From positions 133,240,001 through 133,304,000 of the forward strand of contig NC_058368.1 in NCBI RefSeq assembly GCF_018350175.1: DNA of 64,000 nucleotides, given 5' to 3'. Shown here piece by piece: positions 38,391-50,859 of this stretch. Position 1 is the first letter of the stretch, and every line of letters begins with the position of its first letter. The notes beneath the pieces were generated by a model, which made no database searches, was not told the DNA's origin, and saw nothing but the letters and a program-made list of their open reading frames with translations. Source of the DNA: Felis catus (taxonomy: Eukaryota). Both the position numbers and the translations under genes were made by a program.

Positions 38391-39613
38391 TTCTCCGTCC
38401 ACTCTTTCAGTTCTTATACTAGAGAATTACATGGGTCCAGGTGCCTGTATAGTCACATACTTCTGTCAGTCAGTGTCATTTGTTGGGTCTGTCCTCTGTG
38501 CCAAAGTGCAAACTGACACGGTGAGAGGAGTTCCACAGAACGCTGTGCATTCAGATCTTCCTCTGAAGGAACTGCATATGAAAAGAAATGAAAGCATATT
38601 CATAGAATAATATAGTGAGAACACATGAATAGAGTAAAATCTCTAGGTACATAATTAATGAAGGTTCATTAAGTAGAGAGATTAAGAGAATTGGGTCGCA
38701 TTAATCAGGGGAAGTTTGTAGGGAATGATCCAAAGCCAGATTTGGAAGGTGAGAGAGAGTTTAATGGAATGGCATGGGAATGCCTCCCCCATGGCTTGCC
38801 CATCTTGTCTGAGGATAGGCGTGGCTGGGGCTTGTGTATCTAGTGTTACTTACATTGGTTGTTGGTGTGACTGAAGCAAGATGGCATTACAGTGCAGGTC
38901 CTGTTGTGTTGAGTACAGGGGAGGCAGGGGGCAGGGTGGTGCTCTAGGATCCTTCTTTTTGAATGTCAGTTTCCAAGCCGACTTCAGATCAGACAAGGGT
39001 ACAGATCCTTCTGCAGAACAGAGTCAGGTTGTGTGTTTTGAAAGAAATGACTTGCTGAAGAGCAGGTCCCCTTGCAAGCGCCAAGAAAGGAAGCAGAGCC
39101 CTTGGGGGAGAGGGTCCCCTTGTGGACCACTGGGTGGTAAGGGAGGGTTAGGGATCCAGGCGTTGCCTACAAGGGGTGGGTGGAGGGGTGTTGCCCACAG
39201 GATGGCTGCTGCTTTCAAGGGGCGGCGATGGGGCTGGGATGGTGGGCGGTGGAGAGGGGCATGAGTTCACGCAGTTAGGACATGGTGTAGCAAGTCCTGT
39301 GGGGGGAGGGAACACACTGGGGTCCCGGTGACAAATTTTGCCGAGGGCACGTGTGAAGACTTCACAGAATTGTGAGTGACATGCGACTTTTGAATTGGGT
39401 CCTGAGGACTGTGAGGTGGTTTTCTAGGTGGGAGGGCATATCAGGCAGTGGTACAAGCTGGTAAGAAAATATAGTAGCGTGAAAAGGATGATGTGTCCAA
39501 GGAGGCTGAGTCTGCATTTTGGCAGAAAGGCCCTTCCTCGGGGGCTGGAGAGAGAAGGAAGACATTCTGGTTTCCTGACTCGTTTAACTTCAGGAGCAGA
39601 GAAAACCCAGGTG

Positions 39614-39685
39614 CTGCTGCTGCTGCTGCTGCTGCTGCTTCTTCTTCTTCTTCTTCTTCTTCTTCTTCTTCTTCTTCTTCTTCTT
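39614..39685. repeat. Compound microsatellite (CTG)8(CTT)16
   Basis: Counted directly; occupies the L1 poly(A) position. Confidence 0.97.
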
Positions 39686-40314
39686 TTTAATATGAAATTT
39701 ATTGTCAAATTGGTTTCCATACAACACCCAGTGCTCATCCCAACAGGTGCCCTCCTCCATACCCATCACCCACTTCCCCCCCCTCCTACCCCACAACAAC
39801 CCTCAGTTTATTCTCAGTTTTTAAGAGTCTCTTATGATTTGGCTCCCTCCCTCTCTTTTTTTTTTCTTTCCCCTCCGCCATGGTCTTCTGTCAAGTTTCT
39901 CAGGACCCACATAAGAGTGAACACATATGGTATCTGTCTTTCTCTGTTATGACTTATTTCACTTAGCATAACCTTCTCCAGTTCCATCCACATTGCTGCA
40001 AAAGGCCATATTTCATTCTTTCTCATTGCCGAGTAGTATTCCATTGTATATATAAACCACACCTTCTTTATCCATTCATCAGTTGATGGACTTTTGGGCT
40101 CTTTCCATACTTTGGCTATTGTTGAGACTGCTGTTATAAACATTGGGGTACAAGTGCCCCTAGGCATCAGCACTCCTGTATCCCTTGGGTAAATTCCTAG
40201 CAGTGCTATTGCTGGGTCATAGGGTAGATATATTTTTAATTTTTTGAGGAACCTGCACACTGTTTTCCAGAGTGGCTGCACCAGTTTTCATTCCCACCAA
40301 CAGTGCAAGAGGGT
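39686..40314 (-). mobile_element. Felid-type L1 3' end, 5'-truncated (~630 bp)
   Basis: [34 protein letters not shown]; 3'UTR closely matches the copy at 51576; TSD 14/17 at 39599-39615 and 40315-40331. Confidence 0.96.
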
Positions 40315-40419
40315 GAGAGAACCCAGCTTCTAATTTGTAGGAAATCTGGCAGTGTGCTGTCAATCCAGACTGTGGCAGACTCTCCTGGCCCAAATTAGTG
40401 AGCTCTTCAATTATCATTT

Positions 40420-40745
40420 ATAAGGAAAAGAAAAGGATTGAGGGGGTATTTGCAGGTTTAAAGGGACTTAAATACATCTTTTTTTTAAAAATAGGCAAGA
40501 CTAAACTATAGTTTTATCACATGGGTGAAAATCTGAAGGAACCAAAAAAAAAAAAAGACTTCTCTAAAAATCAGAATGGTAATTACTTTGGGAGAAATCA
40601 AAGGGCTTTTGACCAAAGCTTCTGGGGTAGCTAGCACATTTCTGTCTACTGACCTGAATGGTAGTTATAATGGTGTTTGCCTTAATGATTTCACTAACGT
40701 ATACATTTATTTTGGGGGGTTTGCTGAATTCCTGGGTGAGAAGTT
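40420..40745 (+). mobile_element. Old L1M 3'UTR fragment
   Basis: aggcaagactaaactatag, tcagaatggtaattactttggg, gcttctggggt..tgacctgaatggtagttat. Confidence 0.6.
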
Positions 40746-41171
40746 TTAAAAATGAGTGATGCTTCTCCAAGAGTGAACTGACTTTCCTGCCGAGGTGGGT
40801 GTTACAGATGGAAGAGATCTTGCTGGCACCAACCCCAGGTCCATCTTAACTGAGCCAAAGTGACAGGGACAGGCAAGATGGGGCATGCTGACTATGACAG
40901 GGATCAGCTGGGCAGCATCCTGGCTGCCCAGAGCTCTGGAGCTGAAGCCATAGTGTGCTTTGCCTGGGGAGCCATTACCTTCCAAACTCACCTTTCCAAA
41001 AACAGCAACTTGTATTTAAAAAAAAAAGGGGGGGGGGATAACAAACAATATCCAGGACGTCAGTTTCCCTTGGCCAAAAAGCCTCAGATCTGTGCATCCT
41101 ACTTTGGATGAATAACTTAATTTTAGGTAACTTGGCTTCAAGTATATCCATTCACTCTTCAGTTTGCCTTT

Positions 41172-41389
41172 AAAAAAATTTTTTTAATGTTTATTTATTT
41201 TTGAGAGAGAGACAGAATGTGAGTGGGGGAGGGGCAGAGAGAGAGGGAGGCACAGAATCGAAAGCAGGCTCCAGGCTCCAAGCTGTCGCATCAGCACAGA
41301 GCCCAACGTGGGGCTCAAACTCACGAGCTGTGAGCTCATGACCTGAGCCAAAGTCGGATGCTCAACCGACAGAACCACCGAGGCGCCCC
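41172..41389 (-). mobile_element. CAN-SINE
   Basis: Perfect TSD ttcagtttgccttt at 41158-41171 and 41390-41403. Confidence 0.95.
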
Positions 41390-42219
41390 TTCAGTTTGCC
41401 TTTTAAGATGGAGACTGATGTGGTCCTGTGGCAGGAAAAAAAAAAAAAACCATCCCTGCAAACCCTCTGCCTTTTTCTTTTACTAATAATCTATGCATCG
41501 TGCACGCCTGGTGTTAAGTTTCAGATCACATCTCCCAGTTCCTGAGACCCTCACATATGTTTGTTTTGTAGCAAGGAGTTAAGCATCTCACACTGTGGAT
41601 TCCGGCATGGAATGTACATGACAACAGCTACACTACCGATATTAAACAGGAATAATAATATAGCCATAGGTAATGCGATTAAACAAATAGGTCTCCAGTT
41701 CTTTGTCTTCTTCAAACACCTAATGCAGATGTCTCTCTCTTTATTAGCCCAGTGCTTTGCTTCTCTGTCTGCCCTTCCCCTGGCATTAGTAGAAGCAATG
41801 TGTATTGAAGAGTGCTTTCCCATAAGGAAGGCTGTCAGGCTCTCTTAAATATAAACAAGTGAAAGTAAGGACTGTTTTTGTGCATGTGGTGTTTTTGATA
41901 CTGGTCCCTGTAGTAATTCAGGCTTACTTGTTTTAATGAGTAAGGTTTGGACCTTGCTCTCCCCATATGTATATTAACTCCTCACACAAAGGCAGGGTGG
42001 ATATGGTGTGAATAACAAATCAAGGATCAGAGGCTGCAGGTCAATAGGGCCTTCACAGATGAACACTGTTCAATGTTACAGCCAAGGTCAATTGAAACCG
42101 TAATGCTGCTTGGCAGAGGGAGACAAGACCAAGAAAGGGCCTTCAGAGTTGTAAAGAGATTAGCTGTCAAGAGTTAACCAGCATGTGTTAGCTATTTTAA
42201 TAAAAGAGAGCTCGCTTTG

Positions 42220-42372
42220 TCTCCCAGTTCATGGGTTCAAGCCCAGCATCAGGCTCTGTGCTAACAGCTCAGAGCCTAGAGCCTGCTTCAGATTCTGTGT
42301 CTTCCTCTCTCTCTGCCCCTCCCCCACTCATGATCACTTGCTCCCTCTCTCTCTCTCAAAAATAAACATTAA
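42220..42372 (+). mobile_element. 5'-truncated CAN-SINE
   Basis: Lacks the A-box head; TSD aaaagag(a/g)gctc(g/a)ctttg at 42202-42219 and 42373-42390. Confidence 0.92.
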
Positions 42373-42619
42373 AAAAGAGGGCTCACTTTGAATACTTTTC
42401 ATGCAGAACTCTTATGTAGAATTTGTGGAAGACCAAAATCTCCATTTTGTAAAATCTAGTTTCTTTTGGAATGGGTCATTCCAGATAGCCAAGCATTCTG
42501 AATAGCCAGATATTCATCTAGTTAAACACAAAATATTTTTTAAACCATATTGGTTGATAAACTTTCTGGAAAATGTTTTACACAATCTCCTGAATGGCCA
42601 ATTGAAAGAATACACACTT

Positions 42620-42780
42620 TGGAGGGCAAAAGAGCCAGAATACTCATAGTCCCGTTTACTCATTGAGTGTCCTTGGTTAATTATCTGTACTGAGTCTCAT
42701 TTTCTTAATATGTGAAATGGGTATGATTGCACTATGTAGTAAGCATTAAGTTAATCGCACTACATTGTAAGTACTCTGCA
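42620..42780 (+). mobile_element. MIR fragment
   Basis: ccttggttaattat..ctgagtctcattttcttaatatgtgaaatggg. Confidence 0.6.
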
Positions 42781-43172
42781 CTATTGGCTTCTCTGAGGCC
42801 ACCAGCCTAGCTCTAATCTTCCATGTGTTAGATAAACATCTGGGAGAACACCAGTACTTAGAAGTGGCACAGAAAGTTTGAAGAATCCTTGATTTGAGAG
42901 GTTTTAGAGAAGACTGGGGTGGTTTGGTAAGGCTGGCTCTAATGACTAAGTAGGCAGCATCTCTGTGGTGTGATTGAGAAGGCTGCCCTACCCCCACTCT
43001 TCCCCATCTACCTAGAATAATTCGGATGCCTCTTTTGAGATCAGATTTTGATTCTTCAGAAATTTCTTCTGAAACAGAATCTTGGAGGATGTGGCAGACA
43101 TGACAAATCACCAAAGAGTTAACCCTTGAAACTAGGTCTCACTGCCCAGCTTCAAGGAGTGTCATTAGTTAT

Positions 43173-43263
43173 AGCTTCCAGCGGTTCTGAGAAAAGAATT
43201 TCTGTCGTTTGTAAGACATCCAGCCTGTGGCCTTTTGTTATAGCAGTGGAACGGACTAGGACA
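43173..43263 (+). mobile_element. MLT1A-like LTR, 3' part
   Basis: tgagaaaagaatttctgtcgtttgtaagacatccagcctgtggccttttgttatagcag..gaacggactaggaca. Confidence 0.75.
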
Positions 43264-43719
43264 CCAAGAGTGGGGCAGAGAACTCTACCCGATTGAATGA
43301 GGACAAAAAAAAAAAAAAAAAAAAAGGTGATGAAATTTCCAGGCAGCCAGGAGACAGTTTCAGGAATTGGAGTTGGAGGGAAGGGAGTGGTGCAGGTGAA
43401 CATGCCTTCCACAGGCTGAGGACTGGAGTTTGAGGAGATCCCCTTAGGGACAGAGACAGGAACAGAAACAGGGGGAGCAAAGGAAGTAGCTGAATAATGC
43501 TTTACATAGATGATCTCCAACCTTGTAACAACTCTACAAGTTTGATACAAAAAAGAAAAAAAAAATGAACCTCACAGGAGTCAGGTAACTTGCTCAAGCT
43601 AGTGAATGGTGCAGTTCTGTCTGAAAATAGATCCCTTGCATTGAGAAGTCTCCGGAAAGAATGAGATGAAAATTTATTACTTTTTTTTTATCTGCTTGTC
43701 ATCTTTAGCCTTTGGAAAT

Positions 43720-44005
43720 GGGCTGTCATGTAATTACCTTTCTCGTTATGGGGGTGGTGATGGGAAGGGAGGGCCGGGCTTGGGCCAGCCTATCAAGTGG
43801 CTCAGAATCCTTAGGCCTAGTGAATTTTCTGGGGGGGCACGTGACCCAAGGGGACCATAGTTTTCAGTGATTGATACGGATGTTCGAGGCCTGGGGGTTT
43901 TCTTTCTTTTTACTGGGATTGGAAGCCAAAAGAGGGTGTAAACCTGGAGCTACTGGGGGCATCTTTCCCATCATATGGAGAAAGCCTGTCTGAGGATAAA
44001 GGCTT
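43720..44005 (+). mobile_element. Old MLT1 LTR fragment
   Basis: gggcacgtgacccaag, tgtaaacctggagctactggggg, gagaaagcctgtctgag. Confidence 0.55.
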
Positions 44006-44910
44006 CATGATGCTAGAATTTGAGGACACTTTATTTTTATCTTTTCTAATTTGAGAGAACACTTTGGGTACATGAGAAAAATGTATTCTTTTTGATTCCT
44101 TGAACTATTTTTGAATCCCTTCTATTTATTATTGCTGTGTGTTTTGACTAAAACAATGCCAGTTGCCCACATCTATCCTGTTGCTAAAACTGATATTGCC
44201 TCTGAAAAGTGTTCAGCTGTTAGTCAAAAACTAATGTGATTTTTGAAAACAAACATCTGTTTCAAGAAAAGATGGCCTAATACGGTTTACTTCTTAACGA
44301 GAGACCAATTATAAACTTGTTTGTGAGTCAAAAATAGCAATTTTTCTTCCATTTGTCAAGTTCCATAATACCTTATTCTGATGTAGGGTATTTTAAAAGA
44401 GAAATACCTAATTTTGCAAAAAAGTTGAGCATTACAGAAATATAATTGCATTGTGACCATTGGATAGCCACACCGAACAGGGTTTCTCAGGGTCTGAGAA
44501 AAAATGAAAATGAAGATGGTTTTAAATTCTAAACCTCTCCAAAATAATGTACTTATTTCTGATAAGTTAAAACAGTGTCACCCTTTGCAATTGCTCATTA
44601 AAGTTAGGGAGAAGTAGACATCTGGGAAAATCATCCCAGGAGTTGGTCTGCCTAGGAAATGATCTATTAGTGGCAGTAACACACAGACCCAGGTGTTTCC
44701 TACTTTCAGAAAGGGTTTTAGGTGATTCCCTTCAGAGGAACCTATCAATCTGATAACAGTACCTGTTGTCAACAGATACTCTGTAATTTTGACAATGGGG
44801 AGGTGCAAAGACAAGTCTTAATGACTCAATACAGAATATTACAGAAGAAAGGTGGTTGAATATTAATCTCTACATGGGATGAAGACGCTGTCTTCAAAGC
44901 ATCAAACCAT

Positions 44911-45142
44911 TTTCTGGTTTGCAGATGATGGCTTTTTGCAGTATGTTCACAGAGTAAAGAGAGAAAGAGAGCTAGATCTCTGGTGTCTTATAAGGGTAGT
45001 CTCCCATCATGCACACTCCACCCACACGACCTCATCTCAACCTGATTATCACCCACAGGCTCTACCTCCAAATATCATCACATTGAGGGGTGAGGTATCA
45101 ACATGTGAATTTGGAGGGGAGAGAAACACTCTGTCCATAGCA
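44911..45142 (-). mobile_element. MLT1A-like LTR, 5' part
   Basis: tcttataaggg, acctccaaatatcatcacattgagggg..caacatgtgaatttgg..gtccatagca (LTR start tgctatggac on the minus strand). Confidence 0.85.
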
Positions 45143-45815
45143 CCATCTCTTGGTAATTCTAAATTTCCTTTGTATATATTGAGACTATGTTGTTAGATGC
45201 ATATTAGTTAAATTTTTTAAAACATTTTATTTAATTTTTTTCTTTTATCAGAGCATAATGGCCTGTTTTATCCCTAATATTTTGCCTTATTTTGCCTTAA
45301 ACTTTATTTTGTGTAAGAACAGTATTGTCCCCCAACCTTTCTATTAGTATTTTCTTAGCACATCATTTCCATCTTTTTAATCTTTATTTGTTGTTACGTT
45401 CTAGGTGTGACTCTTTCTAATAGCTTGTAATTGGATTTAAATATTATATTTTTTAAAACACAACCTGAATACTCTTGTCTTTTAAACAGAGAAGTTTAAC
45501 CCATCTATATTTGATGCAAATTCTTATATATTTAAATGGATTTCTGCCTCTTATTTTGTGTTTTTAATATATTATTCTTTTGCTTTTTTTGTTTCCTTTT
45601 CTGACTCCTATTGGATTTCAACTTTTAAAGAAATTAACTTTTCATCCTTTTACTCATTTTGGAAGTTAAACATTTCATTTATATTCTTGTGGGTTTTTTT
45701 TCTTTAAAGTTTTTGACATGAACACCTGACTTAAAATCTAAATTATTGTTGGCTGGTATCTTGGTTCCATCCTATTTTAAGAACAGTCAATATCATTTAT
45801 TATTAAGGCATATTT

Positions 45816-45999
45816 TTAAAAAAATGTTTATTTTTGAGAGCACAAGCTGGGGGAGGGAAGAGAGAGAGGGGAACAGAACATCTGAAGCAGGCTCCATGCC
45901 GACAGCACAGAGCCCAATGCAGGCTCAAACTCATGAACCATGAAATCAAGACCTGAGCTAAAGACAGACACTAAAATGACTGAGCTACCCAGGCACCCC
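45816..45999 (-). mobile_element. CAN-SINE
   Basis: TSD tattaa(g/a)gcatattt at 45801-45815 and 46000-46014. Confidence 0.92.
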
Positions 46000-46489
46000 T
46001 ATTAAAGCATATTTAATTTGCCTGCAGAAAATGAGTCTCTGCTCATCATTGCACCCAACGCCTTCTCTGTGGATTCACTTTCCTTCTTTCTGAAGTATGC
46101 TTTCCCTTGGTCCTTTCATCGAGGGCTTGTTAGTTGAACACTTTTTCAATATTTGTTTTAAAATATCTTTATTTTGGCCTCATTCTTGAATTATATAGTT
46201 CCTTTGGGTATACAATTATAGGTTGCCTGTTATTTTCCTTCAGATCTGTGATATGATCATCTTGGATTCTATGTGTTAGTGATGAGAAATGTACTATCTA
46301 CTGTTCTATTATAGACCGTCTGTTCTCCCTGGTTGTTTATAAAGTTTTTCCCTTGATCCTTGCATCCTGAAATTTCATTACACCGTGATTCAGTGTACTT
46401 TATTTAAATTTATTTATATTTAATTTGCTTGGGGGCTCAGTATGGTTATTCAGCTTAAGGATCAGTAATTTAAAAATTCAGGAAAATTA

Positions 46490-46701
46490 GGGGTGCCTGG
46501 GTGGCTCAGTCTGTTAAGCATCCGACTTTGGCTCAGGTCATGATCTTGTGGTCTGTGGGTTTGAGCCTGTGTTGGAATCTGCTGACAGCTCAGAGCCTGG
46601 AGACTGACTCACATTCTGTGTCTTTCTCTCTCTTTGCCCCTCTCTTGCTCACACTCTGCCGCTCTCTCTCCTCAAAAATAAATAAACATTAAAATTGTTT
46701 T
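46490..46701 (+). mobile_element. CAN-SINE
   Basis: TSD tcaggaaaatta at 46478-46489 and 46707-46718. Confidence 0.94.
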
Positions 46702-46763
46702 AAAAATCAGGAAAATTAATCTACTCTTGTCTCAGATAATGGCTTTCATCCATTATCTCTAGA

Positions 46764-46975
46764 CAAGTGGTCAGTAAACTATGGTTCATGAACAAATCTG
46801 GCCACTGCTTGTGCTTGCCAATAAAGTTTTACTGGAATACAACTACACCTATTTGCTTACCTATTGTTTATGGCTGCTTTTGTACTACAACTGCAGGTTT
46901 GAGTACTTGTGACAGAGATTATATGGCCCACAAAGAATAAAAGATTTACCATTTGTAAAAATTTGCCAGTCTCTG
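46764..46975. mobile_element. MER58A hAT-Charlie MITE
   Basis: ggtcagtaaactatgg..aataaagttttactggaa..tgtgacagaga..tttgccagtctctg; flanks ctctagac / ctgtagat fit the Charlie NTCTAGAN target. Confidence 0.88.
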
Positions 46976-47304
46976 CTGTAGATTTTTTTTTCTGGAGCTT
47001 ATACTGGACATAAGTGGACTTTTCATTCTATCTCTTGGGTCTATTAATGTCTAGTTCTACATTTCTACAACTTTATTTCTCTGTGCTGCATTCCGGGTAA
47101 TTTTTTTCAAGTTCAGTATTTTTCAGTGTGAAGTTCAGTATGTTGTATTTTGTGTAATGTTTCTGTGAATGTGTATCAGGATTCAGGGCTGGTTAGCTCA
47201 GTCTTCCAGGTTTCAAAACCAGAAGTCTGCCTAGCCTGTAAATACAACATGCTAACCCAAGCACTAGTGGCAGTCATCAACAAATAATCTATCTAATCAC
47301 CTGA

Positions 47305-47718
47305 TGTATTAGAGTTCTCCAGAGAAACAAAACTAATAGGATATTTGTTTGTTTGCTTGTTTGTTTGTTTTATAAATTGTCTCACAAAATTATGGAAGGT
47401 GGCTAGTCCAGAATCTGCAGAGTGGGCCTGCAGCCTGGAGATTTGGTGAAGAGTCAGTGTTGCAGTTCAAGTCCAAAGGCAATCTGCTGCAGAATTCCCT
47501 CTTGCTCAGGAACAGTCAGTCTTTTGTTCTTTTCAGGCCTTTAACTGATTGCATGAGGCACACCTACATTTTGGTGGGCAATTTGCTTTACTCAAACTCC
47601 ACCAATTTAAATGGTAATCTCGTCCAAAAACACCCTCACAGAAGCATCCATAATAATGTTTGATCAAATAGTGAGCACCATGGTCCAGCCAACTTGACAT
47701 GCAAACTTAACCATCTCA
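47305..47718 (-). mobile_element. MLT2 LTR (3' LTR of an ERV-L provirus)
   Basis: tgtattagagttctccagagaaac..ccagccaacttgacatgcaaacttaaccatctca. Confidence 0.9.
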
Positions 47719-49050
47719 AGTCCACCTTTTGTCAACTTGGCACCCATATTCATCTTCTTAAATCATGTTTAATCTCCAAATAAAGGTAATGAGGTCAGAC
47801 TTATGCTTCACATGACACAGCTATCCTGCATGCAATCAAAAATGCACTAACCCTTTCCCCAGAAAATGATGCAAAGTCCATGGTAATGTGTATTCTTCTC
47901 TTTGATAACCCATAACTGAGATATTATGACGTAAAGTTAACAATTATTAAATACTATGATGTAAAGCCAATATATCTTATGTGATAAGGGAATAGGAGAA
48001 GAAAGGCAAAGACACACACAACATTATACGTACACACAAACATATTCATAACAAAGTAAAGAAATTCTCATTTATAGTCCTTGTTTCTTTAACTGGTCAC
48101 ATAATTATAGCTGATATTTAGAATATTATCTTTTACTACCCATTCTATCTTCCCTTTACTCTCAGCAAATACCTCATCTAGTCATGGTTCTTGGCTTCGT
48201 GGGATGATCCAAATCTTCATTCCTGAGTGATATGAGCCATTAGTAGTCCTTCTTGGATTAGACTGTTGTAGTTTTCCATTGACTGTAATCACAACACATG
48301 GTAACTCTAAGAGATATCCTAAAGGATCTCCCATATCCCAGGAATTCTTCCTAATCTCCAATGTGGAGTAGCTGTCCAATTTCTCCTTGGTCATCAGGAT
48401 CAGTTGCCCCAGTCAGATTTCTTTCTTGCTTGTTGATTTAGAGGCCAGAGTAACTGGGTGGCACTCTTCATTTCTAGTTCAGTGCCTAGATCATTATTCA
48501 GTGCACAATCATTATTGTGCTTCCTGGTGGAAGTGTTCCTCCTGTGGGAATTAAAACATCTAGATCAGCAGAGCACAAAGTTGTAGAGACAGAAATAAAA
48601 AATTTTGCTTATCATTCTCCTGGGGTAATACTAAAAGGTACCATCCCATTTCTATCCCTGATTCTTGGACCTGTGAATTTTGGTGATAGGACAAAAAAAT
48701 ATCATATATTGGACACTTACACACAGCATGTACAGCCTTTTGGAGAACCTTTCCCCAGCCCCACAAGATAATGCCATTTAGCTGGTGCTGTAACTGAGTC
48801 TTCCAAAGGCCATTCCTCTGTTCTATCACACCAGGTGCTCCAGGATGGTGGGGAACATAGAGAGACGTGGATTTCATGAGGATGGACCCATTGCTACATT
48901 TCATTTGCTGTGAAGTGATTCCCTTGATCAGAAGCAGTGTTGTGTAGAATACCATGACAGTGGAAGAGGCATTCTATAAGGTCATGGGTGGTAATTTTGG
49001 AAGAAGCATTATCAGCAGGAAGGCAAATATGTATCCAGGGTAACTGTCTC
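47719..49050 (-). mobile_element. ERV-L internal remnant: polypurine tract, dUTPase region and integrase
   Basis: PPT aaaaggtggact next to the LTR; ORF 48560-48955 contains YVPHHPGAPGVIEQRNGLWKTQL, matching the ERV-L integrase motif HVPHHPEAAGLIERWNGLLK. Confidence 0.9.
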
Positions 49051-50859
49051 TTTTTTTTTCCTCCTGGAACACAATGTACTAAGTCAAGTCTCCTTTCTAA
49101 AACTGTGTATAATCATAAACACAGCTGGTGGACTTGTTGCAGGTACCAGAAATAAACGGGAACTATGGAAAGCCCATGAAAGAATTAACACTATTCAAAA
49201 ACCAGGAAAAATGTACTAAGTCTACATGATACCACCGAAGTCACAGAAGTATTGAAGCATTCATATTCCAAAAATCAATCTGAGCTACAGAAATGATTAA
49301 GTAAAACCTGTACAAATACATACTCATTTCCCCTTGCACTAAACATAGCCATCTTCTAAAAGGAAATACCAGTGACCCGTATTTATAAATGCAAATACTA
49401 CTTTTAGTCAAAAATCAAAGTCATTTAAAGCAGCTGATGAAAATGCCATTTAAGCCATTACAATGGGCAACAAGATCACAAAATCACTGTCAATGTAGAA
49501 GCTGTGTGTGAAGCTTCTATATTATCCCAAGGACTAGTAGACTGGTCAGGCTTCATAGACATCAGATCATCATTACATCCTCACATTTCAGGGTCCTAGT
49601 TCTTTTCTGAGCAACACTGCAACAAAGAAGAAAAAGCTGTGGTAAGGAAAATATACTATACCATGATAAGGATTGGTCGAAAGTGTTAGGTGTAAAAGTT
49701 TAGTATTGCTGTATAGATGTAAGCCATTTAGGTCGAGTACCTACTGAATACTTGCATCTGTTAGTGTTTTGTGGGTGACTCTGGGGAAGGACAAGAGACA
49801 TTAAATACTGTGAGATGCTTCAGCTGAAAAGATTTGGATAGCCAACCATTAAAGCCCAAGATGGTGTGCATCTCAGGGCTCAGTCATGCAGTATCAGCTA
49901 GTAAGGAGTACGTGTCTTCTACACAACAGAGCACTGATTAGCAAGAAGAGGCGGTGATTGCAGCAGAAAGTGGGGAATTGTGGGGTGCTGACCAGAAGGC
50001 TCTCCACCTTTAGTAGCTCACATCCAGAGCTCATCCAGGGCTGAGCTCACATCTGGAAATATTATATATTATTTGATTCTAATTTGGATAAAATCTTTTG
50101 ATCATTGAAACCACCAAGTCATTCTGCTGCCTGGAGTAAGAACTTCCTAGGAGGCCTAGCCCTCCTTCCCCTCTTCACTGATAAATGCCATGCCCCATGG
50201 GGCTCTTAATCTTTCTTTGGCTATAAGTACGTACCTTTAAGGCCTGGACTGGGCACCCTGGAGCAGGTGGTATAAAGGGTGTGAACGGATAGGATGACAA
50301 ATAGCTTCTGCTCTGGGAGCAGCAGATTTCCTCGTGTGTCCTCCTGGCCAGTGCATTCTCCCTAAGTCTGCATTCCAGGCATCCCTGTGCCTGGGACTTT
50401 TAGCTGTGCCTCATCCTTTCTGCGTCTCCTGTTCTCTGCTTGCTACTTGCTTGACTGCTGAGGTAGGCCTTGTGCTTCCAACTCTGTCCATTGTCCTTGA
50501 TGGCTTTCATGGTTTGTCTGAACTGTGATACCAACAGATCTGTCATATTGGTGGGACTTTGAATCTTAAACACCACTGACACCTGAATGCCCTGGATTAT
50601 TTCACTGGGGAAACTGGCACAGGAAGATAGTCATTGAAGTGGTGCCCTCAGGTGCATAGGGCTGGCATTCTGCTCTGCTCGGCCTTTCCATGTGGCTATT
50701 CCTCAGAGCCCTGTTCTCAGCCAACTTCTTTGTCACCTTGACCTAATTTAATATCATTGACCCCTGTGGCCTCCACCTCCATCTTTTCTCTTATGGATTC
50801 CTAGTCCCTCCTTCAGGTTCCAGATGATGAGCTGGCCAGGGACCCAAGCTATAAGCCAC

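Larger units (their letters stand above)
45143..47150 (-). mobile_element. Old L1ME ORF1/ORF2-boundary remnant hosting two SINEs and MER58A
   Basis: ctatgttgttagatgcatat, gaagtttaacccatctatattt, gtgatgagaaatg, atttctctgtgctgcattc. Confidence 0.7.

Noticed and set aside
39424..39952. ORFs with poly-Leu, poly-Arg/Ser, poly-Ala/Ser and poly-Lys/Gln tracts
   Set aside because: All are readings of the (CTG)8(CTT)16 microsatellite plus L1 3'UTR.
44005..44560. AT-rich segment that might be a DNA transposon remnant
   Set aside because: No TIR or transposase motif could be identified.
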